Shown here piece after piece: positions 59,466-64,000 of a DNA stretch of 64,000 bases. How positions within the stretch are numbered: position 1 is the stretch's first letter; the number at the start of each line of letters is the position of its first letter. The DNA is from an uncultured Halanaerobiales bacterium (GTDB taxonomy: Bacteria > Bacillota > Halanaerobiia > Halanaerobiales > M55B127), in contig CAZGMM010000001.1 in the NCBI GenBank assembly GCA_964526845.1, positions 1,970-65,969 of the forward strand, read 5' to 3'. Under the pieces are notes generated by a model. The model was not told where the DNA came from. It searched no databases and saw only the letters and a program-made list of their open reading frames with translations. The translations under genes were made by a program, and so were the position numbers.

Positions 59466-60128
59466 TTGACAACTTCAGTGGCTATTGATGGTCCAGCCGG
59501 GGCAGGTAAGAGTACTGTAGCTAAAAAGCTGGCCGAAAAATTAAACTTTACATATTTAGATAGTGGTGCCATGTATAGGGCTGTGACTTTAGCGGCTTTA
59601 GAGAATGGTGTTGATGTTAATAATAAAGAGAAGTTAAAAAGATTGGTTAAAGATCTAAGTATTGATATTGAATATAAAAATAATAATTTTAAAATTTTCA
59701 TGGATGACCAGGATATTACAAATGAAATTAGGACAGAAAAAGTTGATAATAATGTTTCTGCCGTAGCTAAGATAAAAGCTGTCCGGGATGAACTTGTTAA
59801 AAAACAAAGAATGATTGCCCAAACTAAAGATATAGTAATGGACGGGAGAGATATTGGAACCAGAGTCTTACCTCAGGCCGACTATAAGTTTTATATAACA
59901 GCTACTGTCAAGGAAAGGGCCAAACGAAGGTATAAAGACGTTGTTAATAGAGGAGAAGATAAGTCTTTTAAGGAAGTCCAACAAGAGATAATAAGGCGGG
60001 ATAGAATAGATTCCAACCGGCAGTATTCTCCGCTTAAAAAAGCTGAGGATGCGGTTGTAATAGATACAACTGATCTAAATAAGGAGCAGGTTTTAGAAAA
60101 AATATTAAGTATAATAAAAGGGGAGTAG
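59466..60128 (+). CDS. cmk: Cytidylate kinase
   Basis: IAIDGPAGAGKST P-loop. TTG start follows GAGGTGG. Confidence 0.93.
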   Translation: MTTSVAIDGPAGAGKSTVAKKLAEKLNFTYLDSGAMYRAVTLAALENGVDVNNKEKLKRLVKDLSIDIEYKNNNFKIFMDDQDITNEIRTEKVDNNVSAVAKIKAVRDELVKKQRMIAQTKDIVMDGRDIGTRVLPQADYKFYITATVKERAKRRYKDVVNRGEDKSFKEVQQEIIRRDRIDSNRQYSPLKKAEDAVVIDTTDLNKEQVLEKILSIIKGE

Positions 60129-60133
60129 TTAGA

Positions 60134-60727
60134 ATGGGAAATGTAATCTATTGGCTGGGTTATGTATTAGTTAACCTATATTTAAAAATAGTGCACCACT
60201 GGCGGGTGAAAGGAAGAAAAAATGTACCTAAAAAAGGTCCATTAATAGTAGTATCAAACCATGTAAGTTATCTAGACCCCCCCATAGTTGGGTGTGCTGT
60301 GAATAGACACCTGCATTTTATGGCCAAACAGGAACTATTTGATAAGAAATGGTTCGGCTTTATCCTGCGTCAAATCGGAAGCTTCCCTGTCAAAAGAGGA
60401 ACGCCTGATAAAAAAGCAATCCGCCGTTCTTTAGAGATATTAAAAAATGGGAAAGTACTTTGTATGTTTCCAGAAGGCACCCGGATAAAGGGTGATAAGT
60501 TAGGTGATGCTAAACCAGGAGTTACTTTAATTGCACTAATGAGTGAAAGTCCTCTCCTCCCGGTCGGTATTAAACATTCAGATGATGATTCTCCCTTAAA
60601 AGTATCAGTGGGGAAACCATTTACTTTAGATCAATATTATGATAAAAAACTTTCGCGTGAAGAAAAATCAGAAGTAGGCGAATTAATCATGAAAAAAATC
60701 AAAGAAGAACTTGATTCAATTGAATAA
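60134..60727 (+). CDS. plsC: 1-acyl-sn-glycerol-3-phosphate acyltransferase
   Basis: NHVSYLDP (HX4D) and FPEGTR motifs. Confidence 0.9.
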   Translation: MGNVIYWLGYVLVNLYLKIVHHWRVKGRKNVPKKGPLIVVSNHVSYLDPPIVGCAVNRHLHFMAKQELFDKKWFGFILRQIGSFPVKRGTPDKKAIRRSLEILKNGKVLCMFPEGTRIKGDKLGDAKPGVTLIALMSESPLLPVGIKHSDDDSPLKVSVGKPFTLDQYYDKKLSREEKSEVGELIMKKIKEELDSIE

Positions 60728-60862
60728 TTATTTGCCTTTTTGAAAAAAATATGTTATTTTATAAATATCTATGAGCAAGTAACATCAAGCTCATTTAGGG
60801 AAAAAAGTTGTTTAGGTGATTGTTGTACAGGTCTTGTTTTGTTGTTCTGGAAGGAGGTGAAG

Positions 60863-63190
60863 GTGCTGGAGATAATAACTACGGATGAGGCTGGCTTTTG
60901 TTTTGGAGTAAAAAGAGCTATAGAAATAGTAAAAGAGGCTGTTGCAAGCACCGAGAAAAAAGTTTATACTTTAGGTCCTTTAATACACAACCCACAAGTA
61001 GTCGAAGATTTAAGACAAAAGGGCGTATATTTAGCGGAAAGTATTGATGAGATCGATGATGGTATATTAGTCATCAGAACACATGGAGTAGAACCTAAAG
61101 TATTAGATAAAGCTCAGGAAAAGGGTTTAAATATTATAGATGCAACATGTCCCTTTGTCAAAAATGCTCATAAATATGCAAAAGAGCTGGTTGAAACAGG
61201 TTATCAAACCTTTATCTTCGGAGACAGAAACCATCCGGAAGTAAAAGGAATTTTCGGTCATACAGACAATAAGGGGATAATTATTGAATCTGTCGAGGAC
61301 ATACAAGAAATAGAACTTAGTGAAAACATCGGACTAGTTGCCCAAACTACCCAATCTTATGAAGATTATTTGAAAATAATAAGCTACTTATTACCAAAAG
61401 CAAAAGAACTTAAAATATTCAATACGATTTGTAATACGACGGGAAATCGACAGCAAGCTGCTAAAGAATTAGCCAAAAAGGTTGATGTGATGTATGTTAT
61501 TGGTGGACATAATAGTGCCAATACGAAACGTTTAGCAGAAATAAGTGCTAATACCGATACACCAACCTTTCACATAGAGACAGTTGATGAAATCAACTGG
61601 GAAAATATTAAAAATGTAAATAAAATTGGAATTACCGCAGGGGCATCGACCCCTGACTGGATAATCAAGGAGGTCTTGGAAATTATGTCTGAAGAAAAAA
61701 AAGAAGTTGAAGGAAAAGAACAGGAAGAATTAGAAGAGCAGGTAGAAGAACAGGTAGAAGAACCTACCGAAGAAGAAATTGAAAAAGAAGCAGAAGAAAT
61801 CGTAGAAGAAGCAAAAGAAGAAGTAGAGGAGGAAGAAGCCCAAGAAGAAACAGAGGAAGTTGAAGAAAAAGCAGAAGAACCTGAAGAAGAAGCAGAGGAA
61901 TCTGAAGAAGAAGCAGAGGAATCTGTTGAACCAGCTGCCGAAGCTGAAGAAAAAGTAGAAACAGAGGAAGCTGAAGAAGCAGCCGAGGAAGCTGAAGAAG
62001 AAAGCGAAGCTAAAGAATTCAATTACAGCGATAACGATATCGCTGATCTTAAAAAAGGTCAGAAAGTTACAGGTACTGTAGTAGAAATAAATGATGATGG
62101 AGTTTATGTGGATGTAGGATATAAAACAGACGGCTTTATTCCTAAAGAAGAACTTAACCATCGTAAAGTAAATGATCCACGCGATATAGTAGAAGAAGAT
62201 GAAGAGATTGAAGTTATCATCTTAACCCTAGAAAACGAAGAAGGAAATATGATTTTATCCAAGAAAAAGGCTGATTATGAAAAAGCCTGGGAAAGAATCA
62301 TAGAAGCTTATGAGAATGATGAAATAATTGAAGCAGAAGTTACAAAAGAAGTTAAGGGTGGTTTAGTTGTTGATGTAGGAGTTAGAGGATTTATTCCCGC
62401 TTCTCATGTTGCTGTTGGTTACGTTGAAGATCTCAGCAAATATGTAGGAGATACTCTTAGATTGAAAGTGATTGAAGTTGAAAGAGATAAAAATAATGTA
62501 GTTCTTTCTGCCAAAAAGGTTATCGAAGAAGAAAGGGCGGAAAAGAAAGAAGAAACTCTTGAAAACTTAGAAGAAGGCGATACAGTAAAAGGTACAGTAA
62601 CTAAGTTAGTAGACTTCGGTGCTTTTATCGACCTTGGTGGAATTGAAGGCTTACTTCACATTTCTGAAATGTCCTGGGGTAGAATCGAACATCCTTCTGA
62701 AGTATTAGACGAAGGAGAAGAAGTGGAAGTTAAAGTTCTGGGAGTAAATAAAGAAGACGAAAGAATTTCTCTCGGACTCAAACAATTAATGCCTGATCCC
62801 TGGGAAGAATTTGCCAGAAAGCATTATGAAGGAGAAAAGATTGAAGGTAAGATCACTAAGCTAGTAGACTTCGGTGCCTTTATGGAAGTTGCAGATGGTA
62901 TTGAAGGTCTTATCCATATTTCTCAATTATCACAAAAGCATGTCGAAACCCCGGATGAAGTAGTAGAAGCTGGCGAAACCCGCAAAGCTGAAATAATCAA
63001 TATAGATCCGGAACAAAGAAGAATTGGCTTAAGCCTTAAAGGTCTCGAAGGAAAACAAGAAAAAGAAGAAAAGAAAGAGAAAAAAGATAAGAAAAAACCA
63101 GAAGCTGAAGGTAAAGAAGAAGAAGAAACCTCTTCTGGTGCTACAATTCAGGAATTAGTAGGCGATATCTTCGATAAAGAAGAAGAATAA
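60863..63190 (+). CDS. ispH: Fusion protein: 4-hydroxy-3-methylbut-2-enyl diphosphate reductase (IspH) + acidic linker + four S1 RNA-binding domains
   Basis: The N-terminus GFCFGVKRAI...HNP and CPFV are typical of IspH. The C-terminal half has repeated S1 motifs (G.V..L..FGAF..). I prefer the GTG at 60863 (RBS AAGGAGG at 60851-60857) over the TTG at 60740. Confidence 0.88.
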   Translation: MLEIITTDEAGFCFGVKRAIEIVKEAVASTEKKVYTLGPLIHNPQVVEDLRQKGVYLAESIDEIDDGILVIRTHGVEPKVLDKAQEKGLNIIDATCPFVKNAHKYAKELVETGYQTFIFGDRNHPEVKGIFGHTDNKGIIIESVEDIQEIELSENIGLVAQTTQSYEDYLKIISYLLPKAKELKIFNTICNTTGNRQQAAKELAKKVDVMYVIGGHNSANTKRLAEISANTDTPTFHIETVDEINWENIKNVNKIGITAGASTPDWIIKEVLEIMSEEKKEVEGKEQEELEEQVEEQVEEPTEEEIEKEAEEIVEEAKEEVEEEEAQEETEEVEEKAEEPEEEAEESEEEAEESVEPAAEAEEKVETEEAEEAAEEAEEESEAKEFNYSDNDIADLKKGQKVTGTVVEINDDGVYVDVGYKTDGFIPKEELNHRKVNDPRDIVEEDEEIEVIILTLENEEGNMILSKKKADYEKAWERIIEAYENDEIIEAEVTKEVKGGLVVDVGVRGFIPASHVAVGYVEDLSKYVGDTLRLKVIEVERDKNNVVLSAKKVIEEERAEKKEETLENLEEGDTVKGTVTKLVDFGAFIDLGGIEGLLHISEMSWGRIEHPSEVLDEGEEVEVKVLGVNKEDERISLGLKQLMPDPWEEFARKHYEGEKIEGKITKLVDFGAFMEVADGIEGLIHISQLSQKHVETPDEVVEAGETRKAEIINIDPEQRRIGLSLKGLEGKQEKEEKKEKKDKKKPEAEGKEEEETSSGATIQELVGDIFDKEEE
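61739..61762 (+). repeat. Perfect tandem 12-nt duplication inside the acidic linker
   Basis: CAGGTAGAAGAA x2, encoding QVEE twice. Confidence 0.9.
61883..61924 (+). repeat. Perfect tandem 21-nt duplication inside the acidic linker
   Basis: GAAGAAGAAGCAGAGGAATCT x2, encoding EEEAEES twice. Confidence 0.9.
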
Positions 63191-63217
63191 CGTAAAATAA
63201 ATAGATGAAATTATGGG

Positions 63218-63259
63218 CCTTACTATTCACTTTAAAGAATAGTAAGGTCTTTATTTTTG
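63218..63259 (+). terminator. Rho-independent terminator after ispH-S1
   Basis: CCTTACTATTC / GAATAGTAAGG 11-bp stem followed by a T-rich tract. Confidence 0.75.
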
Positions 63260-63275
63260 TTAATAGCATAGTATA

Positions 63276-63304
63276 TTGCTAAGGCTTCAAAGATATGTTA
63301 TTAT
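63276..63304 (+). promoter_or_regulatory. Sigma-A type promoter for the DUF512 gene
   Basis: TTGCTA (63276-63281), 17-nt spacer, TATTAT (63299-63304). Confidence 0.45.
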
Positions 63305-63329
63305 TTTATGTAGCAGGAGGAAAGCAAAA

Positions 63330-64000
63330 ATGATTGAAGTAACTAATGTAAAAGAAAATAGTACAGCAGATAAACTAGGCATTGAAGCCGGTGATAAAAT
63401 ATTATCTGTTAATAATAAGGAAATAAAGGACTATATAGATTATAACTATCAGGTTGCCGAATTTAACTTTAAATTAAAGGTTAAAAAGAAAAATGGTAAA
63501 ATTAAAAACTATGATGTCCAGAGGAAATATGATGAGAAACTCGGGATAGAGTTCGAAGAAATAGTTTTTGATGGTTTGAATAAATGTAAGAATAAATGTA
63601 TATTCTGCTTTGTGGACCAACAGCCGCCTGATTTACGTCAAACTTTAAACATTAAGGATGATGATTACAGGTTTTCCTTTTTACAGGGCAGTTATATCAC
63701 CCTGACAAATTTATCCGATAAAGATATTGAACGGATTGTTAAGTATAACTTAAGTCCTTTAAATATTTCGGTTCATACTACTGATCCCCAGCTGCGCGAA
63801 TATATGATGAAAAATCCCAAGGCCAAAGATATAATAAATCAATTAGATTACTTGAGTGAAAATGGTATCAACTTCAATACACAGATTGTTCTTTGTCCGG
63901 ATATTAATGATAAAGAGAAATTAAATGAATCCATTAGTGATTTAAGTCAATATTATCCACATATATTATCGCTGGCAGTAGTACCGGTCGGGTTAACAAA
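63330..64000 (+). CDS. DUF512-type PDZ + radical-SAM-like protein (3' end outside the window)
   Basis: My own translation from the ATG at 63330 (RBS AGGAGG) stays open to the window edge. It shows a PDZ-like N-terminus (GIEAGDKILSVNN) and CKNKCIFCF (CxxxCxxC). Confidence 0.75.
   Translation, partial: MIEVTNVKENSTADKLGIEAGDKILSVNNKEIKDYIDYNYQVAEFNFKLKVKKKNGKIKNYDVQRKYDEKLGIEFEEIVFDGLNKCKNKCIFCFVDQQPPDLRQTLNIKDDDYRFSFLQGSYITLTNLSDKDIERIVKYNLSPLNISVHTTDPQLREYMMKNPKAKDIINQLDYLSENGINFNTQIVLCPDINDKEKLNESISDLSQYYPHILSLAVVPVGLT

Noticed and set aside
60740-60862. A 41-codon N-terminal extension of the ispH ORF starting at TTG 60740.
   Set aside because: The extension (MKKICYFINIYEQ...CCTGLVLLFWKE) is not IspH-like. 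A consensus RBS (AAGGAGG) sits just before GTG 60863, where the conserved IspH N-terminus begins. The upstream part is more likely promoter or leader.
61570-62161. Two long minus-strand ORFs (150 and 143 aa), rich in S/A or F/C, opposite the IspH-S1 linker.
   Set aside because: They are artefacts of the GAA/GCA-rich repeat region. Their composition is nonsensical (poly-Ser/Ala, poly-Phe) and they are fully contained in the sense gene.
1-64000. CRISPR arrays, rRNA/tRNA genes, known defence systems and toxin-antitoxin pairs.
   Set aside because: There are no spaced identical repeats. No intergenic region is both long enough and structured like a tRNA or rRNA. No gene pair has defence or TA hallmarks. 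Every intergenic gap over 100 nt was inspected individually.

Overview
This 64-kb window comes from a low-GC, Firmicutes-type anaerobe; a Clostridia or Halanaerobiales-like origin is inferred from gene order, AT-rich codons and acidic proteins. Nearly all genes lie on the + strand and are tightly packed. Most of the window is conserved housekeeping synteny. The order is coaBC', tldD-pmbA, metK, priA-def-fmt, rlmN-stp-prkC-rsgA-rpe, class I fumarate hydratase plus malic enzyme, and rpmB. It continues with asp23-yloV(fakA)-degV-recG-rsmD-coaD, pta-ackA, yceD-rpmF-plsX-fabK-fabH-fabD-fabF, then fabG-acpP-rnc, aroH/DAHP synthase/aroA, cmk-plsC, and an ispH::S1 fusion. The outlier is an ~18-kb, almost unidirectional block (about 36.0-54.0 kb) between fabF and fabG. 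It encodes a nitroreductase, a UraA-type nucleobase permease and a PucR-family regulator. It also carries the three parts of an FdrA/DUF1116/DUF2877 (E. coli fdrA-ylbE-ylbF-like) transcarbamylase module plus carbamate kinase. A complete Na+-translocating biotin decarboxylase (MmdA/D/C/B-like) sits inside that module. The block further encodes an orphan GNAT-like protein, a cyclase-family metal amidohydrolase and a three-subunit molybdenum hydroxylase of the xanthine dehydrogenase family. I read this as a candidate, apparently undescribed, anaerobic N-heterocycle fermentation pathway. My best guess is oxidative uracil/thymine degradation via barbiturate and ureidomalonate. In that scheme energy would be conserved through carbamoyl phosphate (ATP) and through malonyl- or methylmalonyl-CoA decarboxylation (Na+ gradient). 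This is inference from gene content, not demonstrated. Other notable points are a frameshift in a T5 run that splits aroH, a P-loop::Asp23-like fusion ORF heading the fabG-acpP operon, and tandem in-frame repeats in the acidic linker of the IspH-S1 fusion. I saw no rRNA, tRNA, CRISPR array, transposase or integrase.
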